This document shows positions 24,291-34,800 of a stretch of DNA of 64,000 bases, piece by piece (the stretch's first letter is position 1; the number at the start of each line of letters is the position of its first letter). The position numbers and the translations under genes are program-made. The notes beneath the pieces were generated by a model. It was not told the DNA's origin. It worked only from the letters and a program-made list of their open reading frames with translations, and did not search any database. Source of the stretch: Thecamonas trahens ATCC 50062 (taxonomy: Eukaryota; Protista; Apusomonadida); contig NW_013657624.1 of the NCBI RefSeq assembly GCF_000142905.1, forward strand, positions 103,782 to 167,781, given 5' to 3'.

Positions 24291-25558
24291 ATGCTTAGGA
24301 ACCTGACTCAAGGAGAGACGCCCGCGGCGTTGGCGGTGCCGGGAGCGACTCGCAATCTATGGCTGGTGGTGGTGGCATCGGCGCTGGCACTGTCGTGCTG
24401 GTTCTCGACCAATGCGGTGGCACCTGCGCTCGAGGCGGAGGAGGGCTACAGCACGAGCGAGGTGGCCTGGCTCTCGTCGGCCGTCCAGCTGGGCTTTGTG
24501 GCGGGCACACTCGCGCTGGCTACGATCAACGTGGCCGATGTGATGCGGACGCGGACGCTGTTTGCAGTGTCAGCGGCGGCGACGGCAGCGTCGAACCTGG
24601 CGGTGGCCTTTGTGGCGCCCAAGGACGTCGGCGGCTTTGGCGCGCTGCTGGTGCTGCGGGCGCTGACAGGCATGTTCCTGGGCGGCGTCTACCCCCCGGC
24701 ATGAAGATTGTGTGTGGGTGGTACGTCCGCAACCGCGGCCTGGCCATCGGGCTCATGATTGGGGCGCTCTCGCTCGGCTCTGGCTCGCCACATCTGTTGC
24801 GGTCGATCTTCACCCGGGCGTGGCGGACCACGATCTACCTCTCGTCAGCGAGCGCTCTACTGAGTGCAGTCGTAGTCCGCGGGGCCGTCGGCGACGGGCC
24901 ATACGAGCCGGCGCCAGCGGTCCTGCATCCAGGTATTCTGCTGCAGGCGTTTTCCAAGCCGGCGCCGCGGCTGGCGGTGCTCGGCTACGTCGGGCACATG
25001 TGGGAGCTGTACGCCATGTGGGCGTGGCTGCCCAAGTACTTTGAGGACGTGCATGGCGAGGCGCGGATTGCAGCACTGGGCTCGATCCGGCTCTCGTCGC
25101 TACTCTCGTTTGCCGTCTTTGTGGCTGGCGCTCTCGGCTGTGTCGGCGGCGGCGTGCTGTCGGAGATGTACGGGCGGACGGCGGTGACGTCTGCAGCGAT
25201 GGTCATCTCGGGCACCTGCGCCGCCATCTTTGGGTTCATTCCGCGCTCGCTCGACATCATTGTCGTTATCCTCGCCCTCGTCTGGGGCGTCAGCGTGGTG
25301 GCCGACTCGGCCCAGTTCTCCACTGCCGTTACCGAGCTCACCGACCCGCGCTACCGCGGCACGCTCCTCACCATCTCGACCTCGGTCGGCTTCCTCGTCT
25401 CGGCCATCACCATTCTTGTCACGCCTGTCATTGAGGATGCTGCAGGCTGGGGCGTCGCCTTTCTCGTTCTTGCCATCGGCCCGCTCGGCGGCACTGCTGC
25501 AATGCTCGCCCTCCGCCTTCGGCCCGAGGCCCGCAACATGGCCGGCGGTAAGCGGTAG
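24291..25558 (+). CDS. MFS transporter (bacterial-type); frameshift at the C-run near 24695
   Basis: About 12 TM segments across ORFs 24291-24704 and 24359-25558: WFSTNAV, VQLGFVAGT, GVYPP/GMK, GYVGHMWELYAMWAW, VVADSAQFST. The true start may be upstream (23718). Confidence 0.85.
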
Positions 25559-25779
25559 CATCTGGGCGTGTGTGACCGCGTGTGGGTGTTGATGCAGTGA
25601 GCAGTGATTACAATGATTGAGATGAGAGAGAGAGGGGGGGATGAGGCGGGCGATGACGGGGTGGGCGAGGCAGCCGTGTGGGCGAGGCAGCCGTGCGGGC
25701 GAGTCAGCCGGCGGCCGGCGGCACGACTCGACTCGCCAGAGGAGGCCGGGCGGAGCAGGTGGAGCAGGCGGAGCAGCAG

Positions 25780-26775
25780 ATGTCGTCGACAGGCACCGGG
25801 CAGGACGAAGGCAGCAGGCAGGACGGAGGTGGCCGTGCGCCGACCGGCTTCGAGGCCGCGGTGGCCCGGGGCATGACCTCGGCCACCTTTGACACGGCGG
25901 CGGCCAACGTGGCCCGCGGCGACACACGCGCCGGCTTCACCGACGCCGGCGACAGGGTGGCCGAACTCATGGCCGGCGGCCTCGACTTTGATGCCGCCCG
26001 CCTGCAGCTGGTGTGCGAGCAGATGCGCGCCGCGGGCATCGATCCCGAGACGGGCCTTGCCCTGCCGCCGGCCTCGGCGACGTCGCTGCCGGCCTCGGCG
26101 CCACTAACCCGCGAGAGGGCGTCGTCGCGCTCGCGCCACGGACCGGGCTTTGTCAACATCATCCTGCTCCTGGATCTGGGCTTTCCCGAGGCCGACGCCC
26201 GCGCCGCCATGGCCGCCGCCGACAACAATCTCGCCCAGGCCCTGCTGTCGCTCGTCAACAGCCTGCCGCCGGACAAGGCCTCCTCTGTCAACAGAGGCTT
26301 TGCCCTTGAGCTGCTGGACTCGCTGCAAGAGGCCGAGATGGCCCGTGCCCGCGCCCGCGCCCAAGCTGTTGTATGTACCTCGAGCGAGCCATTGCCTCGA
26401 CCGCCACGACCGCTCATCGATCTTGATGACCTTGCGCCGCCGCTGCCTGCGACGGCCGTGCCTGCCTCTGCTGCGCCAGCCGCTGCTGCGACGTTTGGCG
26501 ACCTGGATCCGCTGGCACAAGCGCCGCCTCTGTCAGCAACACCGGTAGGGGTCAGAGGAGCCGACTGGATGGCCGATCTAAGTTCGGTCTTTGCCGCGCC
26601 GACTGTGTCGGTGTCGGCGCCGGCGCCGGCGCCGGCGCCGGCCACCGCCGCCGAGCTGATGACCAGGTCTGTGGCGGAGCTCAAGGCACTTGCGGCTGCA
26701 GCCGGAGTCGACGTCTCGACGTTTCGCGACAAGCAGCTGCTGGCGCAGCACCTGGCACAGATTACACACCTTTAA
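25780..26775 (+). CDS. Protein with DUF2015/UPF0357-like N-terminal motif, UBA domain and C-terminal SAP/HeH-like motif
   Basis: GMTSATFD..ANVARGDTRAG...MAGGLDFDAARL...GIDPETG; UBA LDLGFPEADARAAMAAADNNLAQA; SVAELKALAAAAGVDVSTFRDKQLL. Confidence 0.7.
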   Translation: MSSTGTGQDEGSRQDGGGRAPTGFEAAVARGMTSATFDTAAANVARGDTRAGFTDAGDRVAELMAGGLDFDAARLQLVCEQMRAAGIDPETGLALPPASATSLPASAPLTRERASSRSRHGPGFVNIILLLDLGFPEADARAAMAAADNNLAQALLSLVNSLPPDKASSVNRGFALELLDSLQEAEMARARARAQAVVCTSSEPLPRPPRPLIDLDDLAPPLPATAVPASAAPAAAATFGDLDPLAQAPPLSATPVGVRGADWMADLSSVFAAPTVSVSAPAPAPAPATAAELMTRSVAELKALAAAAGVDVSTFRDKQLLAQHLAQITHL

Positions 26776-29231
26776 TACCCATAGTAGCGCTGGATGAAGA
26801 CCGGTGACGGCGCCGAGTCCTTGTGCGGAAACTGTGACGGGCGGGTCCGGAGCCGCGACGGCGGCGTTGAGATCTTGGGCGTCGGCGTCGAGTTAAGCGA
26901 GGTCTCGTGGGCGACAATGGAAGCCCAGCGGACCTTGGCGGCCGAGTTGCGGGCGGCGTTGGCGCGGGCCAGCCGCGCAGCCACAATCGACGACTTGGAC
27001 ACCTTGGGCTTGCGCTGCAGGATGCGGACGCGAGAGATCGAGTTGATGGTGGTGTTGCGCGCGACAAGACGGGCGAGCTCTTCGCGCGATTCGTCGTCAA
27101 AAGCCTCCACCAGGCCAAACGCCGACCGGTTGCCAGCCTCGGCTGCCTCGGCCTCATCGTCGCTGAAATCAAAGTCGTACGCAGAGACCGATGCCACACC
27201 GCTGTCGTCGGTGCTGTGGGATGACCGGGTGCCGGCCGGCTCAGCGCATGCGCGGTCAATGAGCTCGCGCTCCAGGTCAGAGAGCTCAGCCTGGATCGCG
27301 GCCTTACTCGCTGGGTCGGCGATGAGCGGTGCGGGTGCGGGCGCGGGCGCGGGCGCGGACGCTTCCGCCGGCGCCTTGTCTGCAGGCACGGCAGCAGGGC
27401 TTGGTGCAGCAGAAAGAGTGGCCGCAGCGGCGGCAACAGGTGCGGTCGCCGGCGTCGATGCCAATGCCTCGGTGTGCGCCGCCGCCGGTAGTTGCGGACT
27501 CGCTGTCGCAGTCCGCGACGCTGCAAGGCCCGACTGAAGCCGCGCGCGCTCGGCGCGGATGAGCTCGAGCTTGCGCTTCTTCTCGTGCAGCGCCTGGAGG
27601 ATCGAGTGCGACTTCTTCGACGAGGTTGTGCTAAACGTACGGGTTGACGCCACCGGCTGGCGCGGCGCCAGCTTGGCGCGGGGAGCGAGCGCGGACGTCG
27701 GAGCGGGTGCCGGCGCGGGAGCGGGCGCCGGCGCGGGAGCGGGCGCAGACGCCAGAGTAGGCACAGCAGCCGGCGCGACAGCGGCAGGCTTGGCGACGGC
27801 GGGACGAGCGGTGCTCTTGACGGGCGACCGCTGGGTGCACTTGATGAGCGAGCGGATCTTGGCCATGGTCGAGTCCTGCTTGCGGCGGCGGGCGCCCGAC
27901 ATGGCCGAGCCGATGGCATAGTTGATGGACATGTTGGCCATGACTTGCTGCTTGTAGCGAAGGACGGTGGCGATGCCGCGGTACCAGCGCTGGATTTTGG
28001 TAGCAGCGGCGGCGGCGACGCGGAGTTTCGCGCGGACGGCCTCGCCGCGGAACCACGACTGGATGCAAACGGCAGCAGCAAGACGGCGGCGGGCAGCACA
28101 ACGAGCGAGCCATCCGCGCGCCAGCGCCTGGAGCTTTGGTGCCAGCAAGCGCGTATTGCGCCATGCGGTCCGCGCAAGCATGCCGCGAACGTGAGTCTGG
28201 ATGCAGGTGGCAGCACGGGTCCGAGTCTGGTGGTCGACTCTGACAACGTGGTTAGCGGCCCAGGAGCCAATGACGGCGGCAAGTGCGGCGCGCCGCTGGG
28301 CGCGGAGACGAGCGCGACAGGAGACGCCGCGGAACCAGGCCTGAATGGTGAGTGCAGCTGCGGCCTGGGCACGGGCATGGGCAATAGAGGCAACGAGTCG
28401 TGCTCCGGCGGCGCGGTAGGTGTTGCGCATGACAACAGCGGTGGCAAGATAAGCTCGGAGCGCGACGGGCGCACCAGCGCACGCCTCGATGAGCACGCCT
28501 GTCGGTGTTTCGAGCTCGAGCTCGGGCGCAAAGGCGATGTGTGCGTCCACCGAGCGCGGTGCGAGCGGACCGACCACAAGCGCTGGTTCTGGGAACCAGG
28601 TGCGGACAACTGGCGCAGGCGGCGAGGGCGGGAGCGGGCCCGGCGAGAGCGAAGGCGAGCCGAACGAGAGGCGGGCGGGCGTGATGGGCGAGACCGAGGC
28701 CGAGGCCGGGGTGGCGACCATGCGGCTGAGCGAGGGCGACGCCGTCGGCGAGGGTGACGATGCCGGCGACGGCGCAGCGGGCGGGTCGTGGTAGAGCGCA
28801 AAGGGCGGTGGCGGACGGCGGACAGCGCGCGGGGTCGGCGCCGAGCCAAGGGCGGCGGCGGCGCGCTTCTCGGCCGAGCCGACGGGGCCGATGAAAACCT
28901 CGTCGTCGATGGCGAGGGCAGCAGCGGCAGCAGCAGCACGCATGGCGAGGGCGGGCCGCACAGCAGCGGGGTCGGCGGTAGCGGCAGCGGCAGCGACAGC
29001 GGGGCGCTTGGCAGCAGCGGCGGCGGCGGTGGGCGGCTGGCCGGCGGCGACGTTGGCGGCCAGCGGGGCGAGCGGGGTGCGTGCAAGGCGCGGCAGCGGC
29101 TTTCCGGCAGAGTGCAGGCGGGGGTGCGGCGAGCACTGCACAGTGGGTGCGGGTGGTGCGGCAGGCACAGCATGGTGCATGTGTACGGGGCGGGGGAGCA
29201 GGGCACCCGGCCCGGCTCGGGGGCTCGCCAT
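26772..29231 (-). CDS. Multi-IQ-motif (calmodulin-binding) low-complexity protein
   Basis: IQAWFRG, IQTHVRG, LQALARG, IQSWFRG, IQRWYRG; ATG at 29231. Confidence 0.8.
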   Translation of the reverse strand: MASPRAGPGALLPRPVHMHHAVPAAPPAPTVQCSPHPRLHSAGKPLPRLARTPLAPLAANVAAGQPPTAAAAAAKRPAVAAAAATADPAAVRPALAMRAAAAAAALAIDDEVFIGPVGSAEKRAAAALGSAPTPRAVRRPPPPFALYHDPPAAPSPASSPSPTASPSLSRMVATPASASVSPITPARLSFGSPSLSPGPLPPSPPAPVVRTWFPEPALVVGPLAPRSVDAHIAFAPELELETPTGVLIEACAGAPVALRAYLATAVVMRNTYRAAGARLVASIAHARAQAAAALTIQAWFRGVSCRARLRAQRRAALAAVIGSWAANHVVRVDHQTRTRAATCIQTHVRGMLARTAWRNTRLLAPKLQALARGWLARCAARRRLAAAVCIQSWFRGEAVRAKLRVAAAAATKIQRWYRGIATVLRYKQQVMANMSINYAIGSAMSGARRRKQDSTMAKIRSLIKCTQRSPVKSTARPAVAKPAAVAPAAVPTLASAPAPAPAPAPAPAPAPTSALAPRAKLAPRQPVASTRTFSTTSSKKSHSILQALHEKKRKLELIRAERARLQSGLAASRTATASPQLPAAAHTEALASTPATAPVAAAAATLSAAPSPAAVPADKAPAEASAPAPAPAPAPLIADPASKAAIQAELSDLERELIDRACAEPAGTRSSHSTDDSGVASVSAYDFDFSDDEAEAAEAGNRSAFGLVEAFDDESREELARLVARNTTINSISRVRILQRKPKVSKSSIVAARLARANAARNSAAKVRWASIVAHETSLNSTPTPKISTPPSRLRTRPSQFPHKDSAPSPVFIQRYYGY

Positions 29232-29295
29232 TTGCAAACTTTTGAAAGGCGACGGATGTGTGGCGCCAAACGGGCAGCCGCGGCGAACGGCCGCC

Positions 29296-29380
29296 AACGA
29301 ACGAACGAACGAACGAACGAACGAACATGACGAACGAACGAGCACAACGAACGAACGAACACAACGAACGAATGAGCGAA
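29296..29380. repeat. (AACG)n microsatellite
   Basis: Imperfect run of aacgaacgaacg. Confidence 0.9.
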
Positions 29381-29608
29381 CGGCGCCAACCAGCCGCCGG
29401 CCTGCGCCACCCGCCCTGCAGCCGATGGCGCCCGAGTTGGCGCCCCGCCCACCCGCCACCCGACCCCCTCCCCCACCCGNNNNNNNNNNNNNNNNNNNNN
29501 NNNNNNNNNNNNNNNNNNNNNNNNNNNNNNNNNNNNNNNNNNNNNNNNNNNNNNNNNNNNNNNNNNNNNNNNNNNNNNNCCCCCCCCCCCCCCCCCCCCT
29601 CCCCCGCC

Positions 29609-31054
29609 ATGAATCCGGCTGCATCGACTCGGGCCATTGCCCTCAGCCACGTCCTGCACTCGGGCTCGTACTTGGAGGCGGCCTCCCGCCTCGCCGACCC
29701 GCGCCACGACCACGACGCCGTTGTCCGCGCTGCCGCCGCTCGCTCGCGCGCCCCGCCGCCGCCGCGTCCCCGCGCTGCCCGCCCCGGCGCCCACGTCCAT
29801 GGCATGGAGCCGGCACTGGCCTTTGTGCCTGCCGCCGATGGATCGCGCGAGGCGGTGCTCGCGCTGCCCGAGGCCGGCGAGGCGGTGCTGGCGCGGATGG
29901 CGGCGCGCGAGGAGGCGGCCGAGGCGGCTGCGACGGCGACGCTCGGTCCGAGCACGCTCGGTGCCGCGCACACCGAGCAGCGGGCGGCAGTCCACACCCT
30001 CGTTCCGCCGTTTGCCTTTTCGTCCGACGCCGGATCGCCGGCCCGCCGCGCTGAAGTCGCGCTGCGCAAAGCTCAGCACTGGCACTCGCTCGGGCAGATG
30101 CGGGCGTCATTGGCGTCGGCTATGGCGCCAGCCGCCTCCGACTCGGCCTCTCACGCCATGAGCGTCACCACCGCCGCCTCGGTCCGGGCCGTTGTCGACG
30201 CCATGACAGAGGCCTCACTGTCGCCGTCAAAGCGGCGCCGCAGCTCGCCACGCCGCTCCGCCGCCGCAGGCGTGGAGACCGACTCGGACGAGTCGGACGA
30301 GGGCGACTGGCGCGAGGCCGAAGGCGACGCAGTCATGATGTCACAGGCAGAGCGCTTGCCACAGCGCGATGTATGGGGCGCTGCCTCACTGGTTCTCGAG
30401 CGCGACACCGAGCTCGAGCACGCGCTCAACTCGCCACCGGAGAAGCTTGCTCTTCCGAGCGCGGCGCCAGTGGCAGCTGCCGCTCGTAAGCGAGTCCCAT
30501 TTAACTACCGCATTGCAGAGCCAATGGACAATGCCGGCAACGTCTTGCCGCAGCCATCAGCCCTGCTCGACAAGCTCAAGGCTCACCAGCGGTCCAACTC
30601 GCGGTCGGCGGCCACGCGGCGGATGCGGACGCTCGAGGTCCGCCTGCACCCTCGCGCCAGCGATGCAGTCCACAACGCACTCAACGCTCACCTTGCGGAG
30701 GCCGCAGCGCTACATGCACAGCTGCAAGCCGGCGCTGGCCTTGCCGATGGCACCACTGTCGACGTCGATCCCGAGCTCGTTGCTGCGCTCTCGGCCACGC
30801 CGGCACTCTCTTCTCATCCCGTCGCCGGCGCGGACACTGATGAAAACTCGAAGTTGGCCCAGAGCAACACACATTTTGCGCCACTCAACCCGTACTTTGC
30901 CGGCGCGCTTGGCGAGCTCTCGATTCCAGATGCGGCGCGACGCGCTGTCTCCAACCGGCTCGGCCGCCTTGTCCGCGAGCGCGCCGCACCCAAGCACCAC
31001 GCCCCCATCTCGGGTCTACAGGGCTTACTGGCCAACGCTCGCCTCCGGGTGTAA
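29609..31054 (+). CDS. Hypothetical protein (481 aa)
   Basis: Long ORF with host-like codon usage, ATG after a poly-C tract; no recognised domain. Confidence 0.7.
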   Translation: MNPAASTRAIALSHVLHSGSYLEAASRLADPRHDHDAVVRAAAARSRAPPPPRPRAARPGAHVHGMEPALAFVPAADGSREAVLALPEAGEAVLARMAAREEAAEAAATATLGPSTLGAAHTEQRAAVHTLVPPFAFSSDAGSPARRAEVALRKAQHWHSLGQMRASLASAMAPAASDSASHAMSVTTAASVRAVVDAMTEASLSPSKRRRSSPRRSAAAGVETDSDESDEGDWREAEGDAVMMSQAERLPQRDVWGAASLVLERDTELEHALNSPPEKLALPSAAPVAAAARKRVPFNYRIAEPMDNAGNVLPQPSALLDKLKAHQRSNSRSAATRRMRTLEVRLHPRASDAVHNALNAHLAEAAALHAQLQAGAGLADGTTVDVDPELVAALSATPALSSHPVAGADTDENSKLAQSNTHFAPLNPYFAGALGELSIPDAARRAVSNRLGRLVRERAAPKHHAPISGLQGLLANARLRV

Positions 31055-31424
31055 TAGCTTGCCGGCGCAAGAGTACCGCTGTGATAAACGGAGCCTGTGA
31101 TTGCTGTCCAAACGCATTGGAACCTCCCAGCCTCGCTGATAGACATGGGATTCTGGGCCGTAACTTGTGAAGTACGTAAGCTGCAACAACGCGAGCAAGT
31201 TCATATGATAGAACAGACAGAGGACAACATGTCTAGCTGCGTCTTTACTTTGTTGTCATGAGTATGCCAGGTAGAGGACGAGAAAACTGATCCTCGTAGA
31301 AAGAGAGGGTAATCTCAGACAATTCACTCCCAATGTCAATTAAACATATATAAATCTATTCTGATACAATAATAAAATAGATCAAATTGTGTTTATTCAA
31401 AAATACACACGCACACATTATAAT

Positions 31425-31564
31425 TAAATAAATATTGAATATATTCCACATGTGAGTGTTTTTTTTTATATTTTTGTATTGCAGTCTCTCGGCCGAACAT
31501 CGGCTTCGATCTGGCGTTATCACGGTCATGGGAAGTTACTCGCATTTAGCTCTGAACGCAAATT
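31425..31564. repeat. Segment A of tandem duplication (second copy at 35895-36033)
   Basis: taaataaatattgaat...tctgaacgcaaatt is near-identical in both places. Confidence 0.95.
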
Positions 31565-31693
31565 GGTCCCACCCGGAGGGTGGAGTACTCTGGCGCCGGA
31601 GATCGTCGGGACTGTGATGGTTGATGCTGCAGGTACGGTATTAGGTTGCGGTTGTGAGCACGCGCGGCGTGTGACACTGATCGGAGGCTGTGA

Positions 31694-31739
31694 CGAGGTC
31701 TCATCCGTGCGCAACAAGTTGCGCACGGATGAGACCTCG
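31694..31739. repeat. Perfect 22-bp inverted repeat with 2-nt loop
   Basis: cgaggtctcatccgtgcgcaac-aa-gttgcgcacggatgagacctcg. Confidence 0.95.
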
Positions 31740-31827
31740 GCGGGGGCCTACGGCCGCCCGCTGCATCCCGAGTCACGCGGTCTTTCCCCCCAGGTATAGG
31801 TTGCGAGTTCATTGATGCTGGATCTCT

Positions 31828-34800
31828 CTACTGGGTGAGTGGCGGGGCGACGTCGTTGGCTGTGGTGCGCTGCAACTCGCGTTTGAGGTTGTCAGGCAAC
31901 TTGAGGCGGTTGAGATAGTTGAATGTGGGCGACTGGAAGAAGATGAGGCCACTGCTGGTTCGTGCTCTGGACATGGCGACGTAGAGAGCCTGAGCAGAGA
32001 GAGTCGCGTGGGGTGAGTTGGTCTTCTCGGCAAAGGCGGGGATGATGGCGACGGAGAGGCTAGTGCCTTGGACCTTGTGGACGGTGGAGGCAAAAGCGGC
32101 GACAATGGGCAGTTGGCGAAGGGAGAAGTTGATCTTGGTTGGGGCATGTGCGGTTCTGTTGGCTGAGGGGACGGTGAGCCGGCATCCAGAAGCGGCGCGG
32201 GGCACGACAGCGACGACGGACGTGGGGAAGGTGTCGGGGACGCCTGGTAGGTGGGAGGTGCGGCCACGGAGGGACGGAACGTCGACGTAGACCACAGCAG
32301 GAAGGGTGTTGGGGATGCGTACGACCGAGTTGGGGACGGAGCGAGAGAGGATCTTGTGTACGAATGTGACGTTGTCAGGGAAGACGACGCCGACGACGAT
32401 ACCAGTTGTGCCGTTGCAGATGGCAGCGGAGGTGGCGATGTTGTCGATGAACATGACGGGAGTTCCGATGGCGAGCGGGACACGCATGTCGTAGTAGCAA
32501 GTGGCGCTTGAGCCGGGAAGGCGAAGGAGAAGGTCGCGGGTTGAGTCGCGAGGTGGGGAGCGAGCGATGGAGATGACGGCTTCAACCATGATGGGCGGCG
32601 GGGCTTCGGCAGCGTGTGCAGCTGCGGCGATGCGAGCGTACACTGTTGTCGTCGCCAGGAACACGATCGTTCGCTGGATCAATACGCGTTCCGAATAGGT
32701 CAAGCCAGAGAGCTGATCAGGAACCGGACCAAGCCACAGGCCGTTGGCGATGGCCAAGCGGGGGGGTGGTGGCGGCTGGTCTGTGTTTTGGCTGGCACGC
32801 GATGGCTCGGAGAGCAGCGATGTGAAGCAGAAGCGGCAGCACTGGAGGACAAAGTCCGGCGTCCCTCCGTTTGACCTATACACATGTGGCATGAAGACGT
32901 CGCTGTCCGCGTCCTCACGCTGGGGTTGGGCGCGCCTGAGGCCGGCTGGGTCGAGGAGGACCTTGGACAGGTAGGGACAGACGTCGGCAATGGAGTAGTG
33001 ATTGACCAAACTAGCTGGCAGCTGGGCAGCAGTGGGCACTGTGAGCTTGCGGACCATCTGGTACATGACAAGACCACATTTGGGACCCTTCCGGACTGAA
33101 CGGGGCGGTCTGCGTGACCAGCATGGCGTGCGGTCTGGGCGCTCGACAAAGGCCGGCGGAGGGTTGGCGAGAGAGATGAGCTCGACGTCGGACGCTGCGA
33201 CCGAGCGCGAGCAGACGGCACACGCAACGCTGTCGGTGGCGTCCGTGATGGCCTGCACCGCACTGTTGACTAGGTCTTGCTCGTCCTCTCTTGAGAGCGC
33301 GTCGGGGAAGGCCGAGGCCGGGGAGTTGGGCGGGCAAGGGGCCCGGGTGTGGTGGACACTGTCCAGGCCGAGCTTGGCAAAGCACTCACCAAGCATGGCG
33401 ACCGCGTCGCCATGCAGGTCGTTCCACCATGCGTCGTGCAGGCCCACCGCGACCACCTGATCAAGGGTGCGTGTGTCCACAGCAGGATTGGCGCTTAAGT
33501 GCTCGGCACGCAACTGGGCCTCTTGGTCATCTAGCCAGCGCCGCGTGGCGAGGTCGAGACCTGCCTGCTCCTGGCGGCGCTGGAGAGCCATCATCGTACG
33601 GACACGGACCCGCTCCTGTATGTCCTCAATAACGGCAGCAAACACGGCCTCGAGCGTGGTTTCGGGCTCGATGTCGCTCGCATCAGCGGCGCATTCGATG
33701 GCGGCGGTGCTTGCTGCGCTCGCGCTACTTGCCGCGGTTGCGGTGGTCTCGGCCCTTGTCGCACCAGGCGCAGGAGCAACAACAATCTCGCCTGGTCGCG
33801 GGGCCCTGGTTTGCTGCGCAAGTCCTGGCCCTTGTTGCGGTTGAGTCCTTGGACGACCACGACGATCACGACGACGCCGACTCTTTGTGATGCCGCGGCC
33901 GATGACCTCATCCCGGATGCGAGTGGCCGCCATCGTCGGCCATGCTGCAGGCGCTGGTAACGACGCCGGACCGGTCCGGCTGTCCCGAGGTGGTTGGGGC
34001 GCGGTGCGCGCCGGGTTGGGGGTGCGAGCAGGTGCGGCACGAGGCGGTGCAAGTTGGGTGGCTCCGGTGGACGCCGGCAGGACATCTGCCGCAGGATCGG
34101 GCGGGGCAGTGCCGGCGACATCCATGGGGGTCAAGCCTTCGTTGGTTGTTGCCTGCGACGACGGGACCAGGGTCATCGGTGATGGGCACGCACGGTTGCT
34201 GTCGTCGTCGTCGTCGGAATAGTCGTCCGAGGAGTCGCGCGGTACCTCTATCGGAGACAGCAGATAGTCGTTGCCGTCGAGTAGGCATTTCTCTCGGAAT
34301 GCCGGGTAGAGGAGATGAAGCCGAAGACGGTCCATGTCGGGTCGTTCAGGGTGCCACTCGGGCCACCAGGGCACCGATCCACGCTGGGTCAGTCTTGGGA
34401 TATCATCTTGTGTTGGTTCGGCTGCCATGACCCGGGATACGTACTCGTCATCGTCGAAGCTGTTGCCGAGGGGTACCTCTTTGACGAACTCGATCTTGAG
34501 GCGCAGTTGCGCGAAGAGGCGCCCCTTTGCCGACCTTTTCCGCTCGCGCTCGACACGTTTGCGGGCAGCGGCCCTGGCGGCCTTGTCTGTGTGAGCCTTG
34601 TCCCTGGCGGCCTTGTCTGTGTGAGCCTTGTCCCTGGCCCGCTGCGCGGCCTTCTTAGCTGCTTGTGCCTTTTTGCTGGTTGTCCACTCCCCCGCTTTAG
34701 CCAGGGCCTTGGCGGCTTTCTTGGCAAGACGGGAGGCCAATGTTTTCATCTTCCTGGCGTTCCTGACTGTTATGGTCGGGTCGGTGCTGTTGAGCGCGTC

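Noticed and set aside
26762-30085. Long alternative-frame and gap-spanning ORFs here and throughout the window
   Set aside because: These are shadow ORFs caused by high GC and N-runs, with Arg/Pro-rich non-domain sequence.
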